Source: Verrucomicrobiales bacterium (GTDB lineage Bacteria > Verrucomicrobiota > Verrucomicrobiia > Verrucomicrobiales > V1-33). From it: a stretch of DNA of 64,000 bases. Every line of letters begins with the position of its first letter. Position 1 is the stretch's first letter. Where the stretch lies: contig JANOAV010000051.1 in the NCBI GenBank assembly GCA_031411295.1, positions 44,974 through 108,973 on the forward strand, given 5' to 3'. Made by a program: the position numbers and the translations under genes. Below are positions 29,598 to 39,217 of the stretch, piece by piece. Below the pieces are notes generated by a model that did no database searches, was not told the origin of the DNA, and saw only the letters and a program-made list of their open reading frames with translations.

Positions 29598-30235
29598 TAT
29601 AATGGATTCAACAACCGGGCACCCGGGACCTGATCGATGCGCTGCTGGAGCGTTTGATCTGGACCATCGAGAGAGTTCAAGGACATCGCTGGCGGCAACT
29701 CATAAACCTTACCGAAACCACCAATCCGCACCACGATGGCATAACGTCCTCTCCACACGCCGCCTTTTCTTTGCGGGTCGTCACTCCACTGACCAAGCGT
29801 TTCCGTGAATCCATCCATGATCAATGGTATGGAGTAGTCCTGTCTTAGGTTCAGTCCGGCAGTGCAGGCCCAATGATTCTCTCCAGCGGCAACAGCTTCC
29901 GCAAAGCCATTGGCTTCATTCCCTATGATCCCGTCAGGTTTTTGGTTTGGACCACACCAGGCGCATCCTGAGATATAAAATAGTTTCTCATCGTCAACTA
30001 GTCCCGCCCGTAACAATTGCCGCATGGCTTCATTTGAGTTGTGCTCCGCAGTGGGGAAATCGTCGTCATGATTCGTGGCGTAGGCAACCCATGCCTGATG
30101 CAGACTGTAGGCTGTGCGCATGGCAGAACGAGCCCTCCATTGCAGCATCACACGAGAATAGCCCTCAGAAAGCAACCATCCCAACACTATCAGGAGAAAG
30201 CAACCAAGCATGAATTTGCGGATTCGAGGAATCAT
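29597..30235 (-). CDS. Hypothetical membrane-anchored, pseudopilin-like protein
   Basis: N-terminal TM helix then YATNHDDDFP...SNEAMRQL; TTGACG-16-TAGGAT just before ATG 30235. Confidence 0.65.
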   Translation of the reverse strand: MIPRIRKFMLGCFLLIVLGWLLSEGYSRVMLQWRARSAMRTAYSLHQAWVAYATNHDDDFPTAEHNSNEAMRQLLRAGLVDDEKLFYISGCAWCGPNQKPDGIIGNEANGFAEAVAAGENHWACTAGLNLRQDYSIPLIMDGFTETLGQWSDDPQRKGGVWRGRYAIVVRIGGFGKVYELPPAMSLNSLDGPDQTLQQRIDQVPGARLLNPL

Positions 30236-30271
30236 CACCCATCCTAGCCAACGCCACGCCTGCGTCAAGCG

Positions 30272-30347
30272 AAGCGAGTGTGGGAGCAGTCCGCTGGACT
30301 GCTCTAACCATGCTCTTGCAGCAGCCCAGCGGGCTGCTGCCACACTC
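30272..30347. repeat. REP family A long direct repeat, copy 2
   Basis: AAGCGAGTGTGGGAGCAGTCCGCTGGACTGCTCTAACCATGCTCTTGCAGCAGCCCAGCGGGCTGCTGCCACACTC. Confidence 0.85.
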
Positions 30348-30425
30348 GTTATTGGCGACAGGTTTTATTTGGTGGACAACAAATGCGTTCCCGCCGCATA
30401 CTCCAGTCATCCTTCGTCCGCGCTT

Positions 30426-31259
30426 ATGAGACTGCTATCCAACATCATCTTACAAACCCAGTCCAGACTCCGTTTGGCTTTGATGGCCTTGACCATGGGA
30501 CCTTCTTTGGCGGCACATGCCGAAGACCCAACAGCTTCACCTTTCGGATACCTTTGGCGGCTTAGGGTGACGGAGGCTCCCGCCGGACTGGAGGGAGGCG
30601 AAATCCATACTAACAATTCATTTGTGGCAACGAATTGGAACCCCAAGAATTTCCAACGATTCAAGGCCGAAATCATCCGCACAGCGCGCGGACCGAAGAC
30701 AGGAACCGCGGCCGCAGAAATTGAAATTTCCGCCGAGGGACAGTATTTTAACGGCTCCCGGAGGATCCCAGAAGGCCCGATCAAACCGATCAAGTGCAAG
30801 GCTTCGTTGGTGCGCCCAGAGGGACTCGCTGCGCTGGACGATGCCACGCCCTTACCTTTGGGAACCACGCCAAAATGTGCCGTCAGTGGTGATCAACTAG
30901 TCATTGGCTCATTTGTCATCACAGTGGGAAGTTGGCGTCCCGAACCTCTCCCTGCAGCCCTGAACGGAAAGGCCAACGTGCTGCTGCGGGCTTTTTTTCA
31001 ACTTGATGATCAAACCATTTTTCGGATTAAGGAAGAGAAGTCAGTTGCCCCTGACGGTTCAAACAAGGTAGTCATTAAGGGCTCCGTCCCAGAAGCAACT
31101 AGCATTAGCTTAAGTTGGGCCCTGACGTTCGAGCGCAAATTAGTAAGACTCACCCCGAGCGGCGGTAAGAGCTACACCGAGATGAAGAGCCACGATTGGG
31201 AAACGGTGACGAAGCAAGAGCAACCAGAATTCAGTGCGCGGGTGACCCAAGTTAAGTGA
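30426..31259 (+). CDS. Hypothetical secreted protein
   Basis: Signal-like ALMALTMGPSLAAHA; no recognised domain. Confidence 0.65.
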   Translation: MRLLSNIILQTQSRLRLALMALTMGPSLAAHAEDPTASPFGYLWRLRVTEAPAGLEGGEIHTNNSFVATNWNPKNFQRFKAEIIRTARGPKTGTAAAEIEISAEGQYFNGSRRIPEGPIKPIKCKASLVRPEGLAALDDATPLPLGTTPKCAVSGDQLVIGSFVITVGSWRPEPLPAALNGKANVLLRAFFQLDDQTIFRIKEEKSVAPDGSNKVVIKGSVPEATSISLSWALTFERKLVRLTPSGGKSYTEMKSHDWETVTKQEQPEFSARVTQVK

Positions 31260-31273
31260 CCGTTCAATTATCG

Positions 31274-31332
31274 GCCGCTGGACTGCTCTAATCCTGTGCC
31301 TCGCAGCAGCCCAGCGGGCTGCTGCCACCCTC
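31274..31332. repeat. REP family A long direct repeat, copy 3 (left-truncated)
   Basis: CCGCTGGACTGCTCTAATCCTGTGCCTCGCAGCAGCCCAGCGGGCTGCTGCCACCCTC. Confidence 0.85.
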
Positions 31333-31334
31333 AG

Positions 31335-32801
31335 TTACTCGCCTTCCTTTTTTTCGGCCTCGGCAGCTTCGGCGGCACGGCGTTTGCCTCGACCTTCTTT
31401 GCGTTCGGAGACGGTTTGTTTCACCCGCTCGCGAATATCGAACTTGATCGGCAGACCTTCATACGGCGTGTGGCGGCGGATTTCATTTTCCAGGAAGCGC
31501 AGATAGGTTTCGTGGAGTAATTCCCGGTGATTCACGAACAAGACGACCCGCGGAGCGATGATCGGGCGCGGATTAATGTCCCGTGTTAGGGTGGCGTAGA
31601 GCAGCTTGAAGCGTTTCCCCTTGATGTGCGGGGGCGGAGTGCGGGTAATGGCTTCCTGGAGGACCCGATTCAATGCGCCGGTGCTGAGGGAGTCGGCACT
31701 GGATTTCTTAACGCGCTCGATGGCTCCGAACACTTTGTTTAAGAACTGGCCACCCTTGGCGGAGACGGCCACCAGCGGGGCGTAATGGAGGAAATACAAT
31801 TCCCGCCGGGCATACTCTTCCAATTCCTCCAAGCGAGCCTTCTGTTGCGCATCCGGGTGCCAGAGGTCGTATTTATTTCCCACGAGGATACATGGTTTGT
31901 TCTCTTCCAAAATGGTTCCGGCAATCTTGCGTTCCTGGGCCGTGATGCCGCGGGAGCAATCGAACACTAACGCCACGAGATCTGCGCGGCGGATGCTGCT
32001 TTCTGCGCGCGCCACACTGAAGGATTCCACCACGGTATCCACGCGGGCTTGCTTGCGAATCCCGGCGGTATCGATGAGTTGGAAATAGTGCTCCCCGCGT
32101 TGATAAAGGCTGTCCACCGAGTCTCGCGTGGTGCCAGCCACTTCCGAAACAATCGCGCGATCCTCTCCCAGAATGGCGTTGAAGAGCGAACTCTTGCCCA
32201 CGTTAGGACGACCAATGATGGCCATGCGAATCGGTTCCCCCAGGGGCTTGCCTTCGCCCTCTTCACCTTCGATCTCCACGGGCGGGGGAATTAGATTTTC
32301 CTCGATGGTGCGGAGGAGTTTCTCGATGCCCCGACCGTGGGTGGCACTGAAGGAAACGACGTTCTTGAAACCCATGCGGGCGAAATCCGCCATCATGCGA
32401 TCATGCTTGGCATCGTCCGATTTGTTGATCCCTAGCACGACTGGCTTGTTCTGCTTCCGCAGGATGGCGGCCACCGTATCGTCGATGACATGCCGGCCTT
32501 CCAGCGCGTCCACCACAAAGAGAATTAAGTCCGCAGATTCCACGGCAATGATGGCTTCGGCCTTCACTTGATCGGCAAAGCCATCGCCCAGCGTGGCTCC
32601 GATGCCGCCGGTGTCGATGATCTGGATGGGGAATGTGGAATCCTTGACGGGAGCGGAAAGTCGGTCGCGCGTGACCCCGGGCATGTCATGCACGATGGCG
32701 ATGCGATGTCCCGCCAGGCGGTTAAACAGAGCGCTTTTGCCGACGTTGGGACGGCCGACGATGGCGACGACGCGGGAGTTATGGGGAGTGATTTTTCGCA
32801 T
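31335..32801 (-). CDS. der: Ribosome biogenesis GTPase Der/EngA
   Basis: Two GRPNVGKS P-loops; GVTRD/GTTRD; DTGG/DTAG; KH-like C-terminus. Confidence 0.97.
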   Translation of the reverse strand: MRKITPHNSRVVAIVGRPNVGKSALFNRLAGHRIAIVHDMPGVTRDRLSAPVKDSTFPIQIIDTGGIGATLGDGFADQVKAEAIIAVESADLILFVVDALEGRHVIDDTVAAILRKQNKPVVLGINKSDDAKHDRMMADFARMGFKNVVSFSATHGRGIEKLLRTIEENLIPPPVEIEGEEGEGKPLGEPIRMAIIGRPNVGKSSLFNAILGEDRAIVSEVAGTTRDSVDSLYQRGEHYFQLIDTAGIRKQARVDTVVESFSVARAESSIRRADLVALVFDCSRGITAQERKIAGTILEENKPCILVGNKYDLWHPDAQQKARLEELEEYARRELYFLHYAPLVAVSAKGGQFLNKVFGAIERVKKSSADSLSTGALNRVLQEAITRTPPPHIKGKRFKLLYATLTRDINPRPIIAPRVVLFVNHRELLHETYLRFLENEIRRHTPYEGLPIKFDIRERVKQTVSERKEGRGKRRAAEAAEAEKKEGE

Positions 32802-33381
32802 TGAGATTGTCAGAGACTTGTTGAAAGGCGTCGGTTAGGTAAGTCCAGCCCGACCAGAAAACGAAGATACCCGCCAGGACAGTGGGCACCAGCAGGTGAA
32901 TGTGAGTGTATTTTGAGAAATCCAGCATGAGCCAACCGAGGGCCGTCATTTGCAGCACGGTGGCCAGTTTCCCCGTCCAATGGGGACGGATAATAACGCT
33001 GCCGGAGTGAATTTTGATCAACTGCATGCCACGCACGGAAAGGACATCGCGCGAGATGACTAACACGGGAAACCAACTGGGAAACTGTTGGTCCTGCCCC
33101 CAGCTAACACACGAGAGGGTGATGATGCCGGAGAGCAGCAGGAGCATGTCCGCCAGTGGATCCAGTTTAGTTCCCAGCACGCTGCGTTGGTTAAACCGCC
33201 GCGCCACCCAACCGTCCAAGCCATCGCTGATGGCCGCTACGGCAAATACCACGACCGCCGCCCAGCGCCAAGTGGTATCCGTGGATCCCGTGGCCACGAT
33301 CTGGGCATACGTAATGGCACATCCCACGAAAACGGGGATGAGAGCCAAACGCGTGAGCGTTATGAGGTTGGCGACAGTCAC
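32779..33381 (-). CDS. CDP-alcohol phosphatidyltransferase (PgsA-like)
   Basis: ANLITLTR; SDGLDGWVARRFNQRSVLGTKLDPLAD. GTG start inferred. Confidence 0.9.
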   Translation of the reverse strand: MTVANLITLTRLALIPVFVGCAITYAQIVATGSTDTTWRWAAVVVFAVAAISDGLDGWVARRFNQRSVLGTKLDPLADMLLLLSGIITLSCVSWGQDQQFPSWFPVLVISRDVLSVRGMQLIKIHSGSVIIRPHWTGKLATVLQMTALGWLMLDFSKYTHIHLLVPTVLAGIFVFWSGWTYLTDAFQQVSDNLNAKNHSP

Positions 33382-33508
33382 AGGACAAGGAGCAAGGGAA
33401 ACGTGAAATTTGCAGAGAAGAAGGACCATGAAGGTCACCTGCAATGTCAGGAGCACCCCTAGAGTGCGCGATTATCCTCGGAATGCAACCCTGAGAGTGA
33501 AATGCATT

Positions 33509-33550
33509 AAAAGGCGGCTTGCAGCTGAAATTTTCAACCTGCAAGCCGCC
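33509..33550 (-). terminator. Intrinsic terminator after the C1 peptidase
   Basis: GGCGGCTTGCAG/CTGCAAGCCGCC 12-bp stem followed by a T run on the minus strand. Confidence 0.75.
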
Positions 33551-33572
33551 CGGCAACTATCTGACAACCCGA

Positions 33573-35120
33573 TTACTCGTCATCGCCCCCCTCATCCCCA
33601 GCGTCCTCTTCGGAATCATCCTCCTCTTCCTCTTCGGAATCATCCTCCTCTTCCTCTTCGGAATCATCCTCTTCTTCCTCTTCGGAATCATCCTCTTCTT
33701 CCTCTTCGGAATCATCCTCTTCTTCCTCTTCGGAATCATCCTCCTCTTCCTCTTCGGAGTCGTCCTCCTCTTCCTCTTCGGAGTCGTCCTCCTCTTCCTC
33801 TTCGGAATCATCCTCTTCTTCTTCTTCGGAATCATCCTCTTCTTCTTCTTCGGAATCATCTTCCTCTTCCTCTTCGGAATCATCCTCTTCTTCCTCTTCG
33901 GAATCATCCTCCTCTTCCTCTTCGGAATCCTCCTCCTCCTCCTCTTCGGAATCATCTTCCTCTTCCTCTTCGGAATCATCTTCCTCTTCGGAGTCCTCCC
34001 CTTGTTCTTCCTCAGTTTCCTCTTCAGTCTCCTCCTCGGAGATCTCCTCCTCTTCAGAGTATTCCTCGATCACCTCCTCCACGGTGAACTCCTCGATTTC
34101 CTCCCAACTCTCCGATTCCACTGCTGCGGAATAACTGATATATTCCTCATCCATGTTCTCGGTGTAATCCACAGTGAACGTTTCCCATAGATCAATGGCG
34201 ATCAAGGAGTAGGCGGCCACGGCAAAGGTATTGATGACAAAGTCAACTCCACGCCCACGGTTCACCACCGGCGTGTCGTCGTTTACCCAGTTCACCTGGG
34301 GATCCGGCAGTTCATCCGGCACGAAGACCCAGCAATCGTTGTCGTTAAATTTTGGGTTAATCAGGTAATTATAGGGCATGTAGCAGTAGCCATCCTCACC
34401 CCAGTCGCTACCCCATGAGTTCCGCACGATGAACACCTCATCCACATCGGAGTAACCCACACAGCACATGGCGTGCTTGCCATGGGCTCCGCGACCCACA
34501 TCCTGCGGGGACGGCATCGGCACCACCCCGCCGCGTTTCCCGCAGTCGTCGAACGTTTCAAACAACGCCACCCCGAACACAATCGGCAACCCGGAGGCGA
34601 GGGCCTGCTTCCATTTCTGCAGATCCAACGGCATCTGCGCCATCTTTTGCACCCGCAGTTGGCTCGCTTCCTGATACGCGTCCCGGTTCGGCTTCTGGAT
34701 TAGCAACTCCTTCTGAAACGGCCAGGTCGTCTCCGCACAGGCTCCGAAATCTCCCAACCCTTTCATGGCCAGCTGAATGTAGCTCCCACCATCTTCGTTC
34801 TGGTCCCCCGCCTTCCAGCGGGCATTGTAATAAACGAAGAGTCGGCTGACATCATAGTTCTCATCATGCAATCGGCGGAACCAGTATTCATACGCTCCCG
34901 CCACTGCATTGGCCACACAGGAACTCGTCTGTCCCTGATTCTCCACGGCGGTCATTAACGGCCGCAAATCCACCTTGGCTGGCAGCTTGGTTTTTTCAAT
35001 AAAATCGTCGGGGCTGTATTCGACGGCATCGGGATCCGCCCTCATGGCGCGGTATCCCTGCATGGCTTCGATTCCGGAATTTGCTGCTGAGTTTCGTGAT
35101 GATTTCGACTGGTCGCTCAT
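33573..35120 (-). CDS. Papain-like C1 cysteine peptidase with a long acidic tail
   Basis: LPAKVDLR, NQGQTSSCVANA (Cys), GKHAM (His), RNSWG (Asn), WGEDGYCY. Confidence 0.92.
   Translation of the reverse strand: MSDQSKSSRNSAANSGIEAMQGYRAMRADPDAVEYSPDDFIEKTKLPAKVDLRPLMTAVENQGQTSSCVANAVAGAYEYWFRRLHDENYDVSRLFVYYNARWKAGDQNEDGGSYIQLAMKGLGDFGACAETTWPFQKELLIQKPNRDAYQEASQLRVQKMAQMPLDLQKWKQALASGLPIVFGVALFETFDDCGKRGGVVPMPSPQDVGRGAHGKHAMCCVGYSDVDEVFIVRNSWGSDWGEDGYCYMPYNYLINPKFNDNDCWVFVPDELPDPQVNWVNDDTPVVNRGRGVDFVINTFAVAAYSLIAIDLWETFTVDYTENMDEEYISYSAAVESESWEEIEEFTVEEVIEEYSEEEEISEEETEEETEEEQGEDSEEEDDSEEEEEDDSEEEEEEDSEEEEEDDSEEEEEDDSEEEEEDDSEEEEEDDSEEEEEDDSEEEEEDDSEEEEEDDSEEEEEDDSEEEEEDDSEEEEEDDSEEEEEDDSEEEEEDDSEEEEEDDSEEDAGDEGGDDE
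33611..33990 (-). repeat. 24-bp tandem repeat, ~15 copies, encoding EEEEEDDS
   Basis: Unit TCTTCCTCTTCGGAATCATCCTCC with mostly synonymous variants. Confidence 0.95.
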
Positions 35121-35381
35121 TTAGGTGTGGGGGTATGTTTTGGTGCCGGCTTAAATTGGAAAATCCTCTGATCCTCCATCCAAATCACGCGGCGCGCGTC
35201 TCATCCTTCATGCACCCGAGACGGTCAATCGAATCATGATTGTGAAATATTCGCCATCATCAATGCTAACGACATCGGTTGGTCCGCTAGTTGCCACTAG
35301 CATTACCGCACGCCTCGGCACCCGCTCGCTTCGCCCCCACATCTCTTCTTGCACAGCGCGCTGAACACGCCACCCTCACGC

Positions 35382-36080
35382 ATGGCCGAAGACACCTCCC
35401 GCTCCGTTTACAAGAAAATGCCCACTGCTCCCTACTCCCCCACCCCGGGGTGTATCATCTTTGTGATTGGGGGCACCGCCATCATTGTGCTCATCTCCTG
35501 GTTCCTCTACGCGGGATTCAAGCAGGCAAAGGAAATCGCGAGCTTCACAGACTCCAAACCCATGGTCTTCGATGCTACCGCCGACGCCAGCAGCAAACTC
35601 CCTGCTATCCAACAAAGGCTGGCCGATTACGCCAAAGCCATCGAGCAAAAGCAGGCCGCTACCGTGAGCCTCGGCCTCGAAGACCTCAACGTCCTCCTCA
35701 GCGCAGACCCCACCTTGGCCTCCATCAAAGACAACGTGCGGATGGAGAGCATCGGAGAGCGCGCCATCGCCAACATCAGTTTCCCGCTCAACGGAATTCG
35801 CGAACAACGCTATCTGAATGGCAAAATAGAGTTTACCCCCATCGTGAAACCGTCCACCGGACTCACCGTCCAGACCGAAACCGTCTCGGTGCCCGGCAAG
35901 ACTGTCTCCGAGGGGTTCATCAATCTTTACAAGGAGATGCATTACCTCGACGACATGCTGCTCAAAGCCTTCCGCGAGCACCCGGTCACCGGCCCTCCCT
36001 TGAAGAGCACCACGTCTGCATCCCTCAAGGACGGCAACGTCGTATTGGAGTATGATCCCAAGGTCGTCACTGGCCGCTAA
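35382..36080 (+). CDS. Hypothetical single-pass membrane protein
   Basis: GCIIFVIGGTAIIVLISWFLY TM segment; genome-typical codon usage. Confidence 0.75.
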   Translation: MAEDTSRSVYKKMPTAPYSPTPGCIIFVIGGTAIIVLISWFLYAGFKQAKEIASFTDSKPMVFDATADASSKLPAIQQRLADYAKAIEQKQAATVSLGLEDLNVLLSADPTLASIKDNVRMESIGERAIANISFPLNGIREQRYLNGKIEFTPIVKPSTGLTVQTETVSVPGKTVSEGFINLYKEMHYLDDMLLKAFREHPVTGPPLKSTTSASLKDGNVVLEYDPKVVTGR

Positions 36081-36178
36081 TTCGGCCCAGTGCCCATCTC
36101 CCCATTCCCCAACCAGCAAAATTCACAATTCGACAAGCCCCCCGTTCGAATCTACCTTGCCCCTGCATTCCCCTACTT

Positions 36179-37015
36179 ATGAAGCCGATCTACTATGACA
36201 ACCACATGCACACCCCCCTCTGCAAACATGCCGAAGGGGAGCCCGAAGAGTATGCCGAAATGGCCCTGCAACGAGGCTTGAAAGGCATCGTCATGACTTG
36301 CCACAGCCCCATGCCGGACAATTTCTGGCCGGAAGTCCGCATGTCCACAGAAGAATTTCCCCAATACGTCGAAATGGTCGCACGAGCCGCCAAGGTCTAT
36401 GCGGGAAAACTCGACGTCCGCCTTGGCATGGAGACAGACTACTTCCCCGGCATGGAATGGTGGGCCGAGAAACTCAACGAGCAGGCCAACTTCAACCACG
36501 TCCTCGGCTCCGTGCACTTCTTCAGCCCGGAGTATAAGGCCAAGTTCTGGAAAGGTGACGTCCTCGATTTCTACAAAACTTACTTCGGTCACGTGGCCGA
36601 CAGCGCTGAAACGGGCCTCTTCGACACGCTGGCGCACCCGGATCTCGTGAAGAATTTCTACCCCGAGCACTACGATTTCGAGAAACTCCAAGACACCATC
36701 GAAGGCACGTTGGATCGCATCGCCAAGACCGGGGTCGCCATGGAATTGAACACCTCCGGCGTGCATAAAAAATACCCCGAACTCAACCCCGGCCCCAAAT
36801 TCCTCAGCCTCATGAAATCGCGGAACATCCCCGTGGTGCTCGGCAGCGATTCGCACAGCCCGCGTCGCGTCAGTGCCGACTTCAGCTACGCCATGGATGT
36901 CTTGGAGGAAGCCGGCTACACCAAAGTCAGTTATTTCCTGAACCGGAAACGCTTCGATGTGAATCTCAACGACGCGCGCGAATCTCTCCTGATCCGCCTC
37001 CCGCAGGCCGTGTGA
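36179..37015 (+). CDS. Histidinol-phosphatase, PHP (HisJ/HisK) family
   Basis: DNHMHTPLCKHA, GSVH, LAHPDL, ELNTSG, GSDSH. Confidence 0.9.
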   Translation: MKPIYYDNHMHTPLCKHAEGEPEEYAEMALQRGLKGIVMTCHSPMPDNFWPEVRMSTEEFPQYVEMVARAAKVYAGKLDVRLGMETDYFPGMEWWAEKLNEQANFNHVLGSVHFFSPEYKAKFWKGDVLDFYKTYFGHVADSAETGLFDTLAHPDLVKNFYPEHYDFEKLQDTIEGTLDRIAKTGVAMELNTSGVHKKYPELNPGPKFLSLMKSRNIPVVLGSDSHSPRRVSADFSYAMDVLEEAGYTKVSYFLNRKRFDVNLNDARESLLIRLPQAV

Positions 37016-37176
37016 GGTTGCCTGGATTTTACCCCACTTGCTTCCTGCCGCACCGATTCCCTCACTAGCCACTTTCGCGGCTCCCTCCAGTCCGCATTCC
37101 TGTAGCCGGACGCGACAGGCCTTGCCTTCCGTGCAATTCCGGGCTTAGGGTGATCAAATTTCATCCACTCCATCCC

Positions 37177-38649
37177 ATGCTAAGAATCCCCGGTATTGCT
37201 GGTAAAGACCTCTGTGACGCCAAACTCGGCGTTACTCGTCGGGACGTGTTGCGCGTTGGTGGCAGCGGCATGCTGGGACTGACCCTGGCGCAAATGTTCA
37301 AGGGCCAGAGTCTGGCGCAGGAGACAAAGCCCACAGGTGGCGGCCCCGGTTGGGGGAAAGCCAAGAGCGTGATTCTGGTCTATCTTCAGGGTGGCCCCAG
37401 CCACCTTGACTTGTGGGATCCCAAAGAAAATGTGCCGGACAATGTGCGGAGCGAATTCAAGCGCATCAGCACGAAGATCCCCGGAGTGCATTTCACCGAA
37501 CTGTTGCCGAAGCTGGCCACGGTGAATGATAAATTTACCACCATCCGCAGCATGGGCTACACGCCCAATGGCCTCTTCAATCACACGGCTGCCATTTATC
37601 AAATGATGACTGGCTACACCACGGACAAGGTAAGTCCGTCGGGCCAACTGGAGCCGCCCAGCCCCAAGGATTTCCCTAATTTCGGGTCCAACATCATTCG
37701 CTTGAAACCCAGCACAGAGCCCATGCTGCCGTTCGTGATGCTGCCGCGGCCACTCCAGGAATCCAATGTGGTCGGCAAGTCCGGCACCGCTGGTTTCTTG
37801 GGCAAGGCGTTCGACCCCTACACACTCTATCCCGATGGCGATGACATGGACATGGCCAAAATGGAGCGCATCAAAATTGACGATCTCCAACTGCGTCCCG
37901 ATGTCTTCGCGCTGCGCCTCCAGCGTCGCGCCAGTCTGCGGAAAGCCTTGGACGCGCAAATGCCGGAATTGGAGAAAGCGGTGGCAGGATATCATTTGGA
38001 TGAAAACTACGATCGCGCGCTGAACCTCATTGTCAGCGGTCGCGCCCGGGAAGCGTTCCATCTCAGCTCCGAACCGGACAAACTGCGCGACAGCTATGGT
38101 CGGAATACATTTGGTCAGAGCCTGCTGCTGGCACGACGCTTGGTGGAAGCTGGCACCCGCGTCGTGGAAGTCATCTGGCCCAAGGTGGCCAATTCTGATA
38201 ATCACAGTTGGGACTGCCATGCTGGCCTCTTCAAACGCATGAAAGACCAGGCCGCTCCGATGCTCGATTCCGGACTCACGGCTCTCTTCACTGACTTGGA
38301 TGAACGCGGCTTGCTGGACTCCACGTTAGTCGTGGCGGTGGGAGAATTTGGCCGCAGCCCGCAAAAGGGTGTCAGCACGTCCGGCAATGACAACACCCCG
38401 GACGGTCGGGACCACTGGCCGTATTGCTATACCTCCGTCATTGGCGGAGCGGGCATCAAACGCGGCTACGTCCATGGCGAGAGTGACAAAACAGGCTCCG
38501 CGCCATTAGTAGATCCCGTGCACCCCAGCGAACTACTGGCCACCATTTATCATGCCTTTGGGATTGACCCTAACACCATTGTGTATAATCATCTCAATCA
38601 ACCGCGGGAACTGGTGAAAGCCGCTGCGGTTGGCAAACTCTTCACTTAA
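37177..38649 (+). CDS. DUF1501 protein with a Tat-like signal
   Basis: [44 protein letters not shown]. Confidence 0.93.
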   Translation: MLRIPGIAGKDLCDAKLGVTRRDVLRVGGSGMLGLTLAQMFKGQSLAQETKPTGGGPGWGKAKSVILVYLQGGPSHLDLWDPKENVPDNVRSEFKRISTKIPGVHFTELLPKLATVNDKFTTIRSMGYTPNGLFNHTAAIYQMMTGYTTDKVSPSGQLEPPSPKDFPNFGSNIIRLKPSTEPMLPFVMLPRPLQESNVVGKSGTAGFLGKAFDPYTLYPDGDDMDMAKMERIKIDDLQLRPDVFALRLQRRASLRKALDAQMPELEKAVAGYHLDENYDRALNLIVSGRAREAFHLSSEPDKLRDSYGRNTFGQSLLLARRLVEAGTRVVEVIWPKVANSDNHSWDCHAGLFKRMKDQAAPMLDSGLTALFTDLDERGLLDSTLVVAVGEFGRSPQKGVSTSGNDNTPDGRDHWPYCYTSVIGGAGIKRGYVHGESDKTGSAPLVDPVHPSELLATIYHAFGIDPNTIVYNHLNQPRELVKAAAVGKLFT

Positions 38650-38659
38650 ATTTAGCTGC

Positions 38660-39052
38660 ATGCTCCGCTTCGTTCTCTCATCCCTCCTGCTCTGCTGCCT
38701 CAGTAGTTGCGCCACCACTGGCTCCACGGGAGGCGGGGAATCGTGCTGCTTGGTGGAGCCGGGTCGCCCGTCGCTCCTGATGCCCAACTCCAAGTCCAGC
38801 AAAGCGGCCTTGGAGCAATGGGTCAACACCCACGCTAACCACCTCTCCGCTTCCGGTGGAGCCAAGCCTCGTTTCGTCCTGCTGTATGTTGGCAAAGACC
38901 AGCGCATCAAGGATCAGATGCCATTAACCGATCAAGCATCTCCCGCGGCTCCGCATAAACTAACAGAAAATGAAGTGAGTGACCTCCGGGCTTGTTTCCG
39001 CGGGGGGAAGACGGTGAAAGTGGATTGGGCTAGCAAACGCGTCATCCCTTAG
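38660..39052 (+). CDS. Hypothetical lipoprotein
   Basis: Lipobox-like LSSC after a hydrophobic stretch. Confidence 0.7.
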   Translation: MLRFVLSSLLLCCLSSCATTGSTGGGESCCLVEPGRPSLLMPNSKSSKAALEQWVNTHANHLSASGGAKPRFVLLYVGKDQRIKDQMPLTDQASPAAPHKLTENEVSDLRACFRGGKTVKVDWASKRVIP

Positions 39053-39063
39053 TTCGACTAGCA

Positions 39064-39185
39064 AGATACACCTAGTCCAGGGCTTGAACCCGGGGCACTT
39101 CCGGCTCCACGCAGGATGTTAGCGGGACGACTTGCAGTCCGATGAAAACCAAGCAAGCCGCCCTGTGTCAGCAGGATTAGACTTG
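39064..39185 (-). ncRNA. Candidate structured ncRNA (family unassigned)
   Basis: Central stem GGGCGGCTTGC/GCAAGTCGTCCC with wobble pairs valid only on the minus strand; closing CTAATCC/GGACTAG; GGGTTCAAG near the 3' end. Confidence 0.35.
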
Positions 39186-39217
39186 ACCTTGAGCTTGATA
39201 GAAAGTTTCCTCACGGC

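Noticed and set aside
33410..34190. ORFs with RNHPLLPL, LFGIILLF and MIPKRKRR repeats
   Set aside because: Alternative frames of the 24-bp repeat inside the C1 peptidase.
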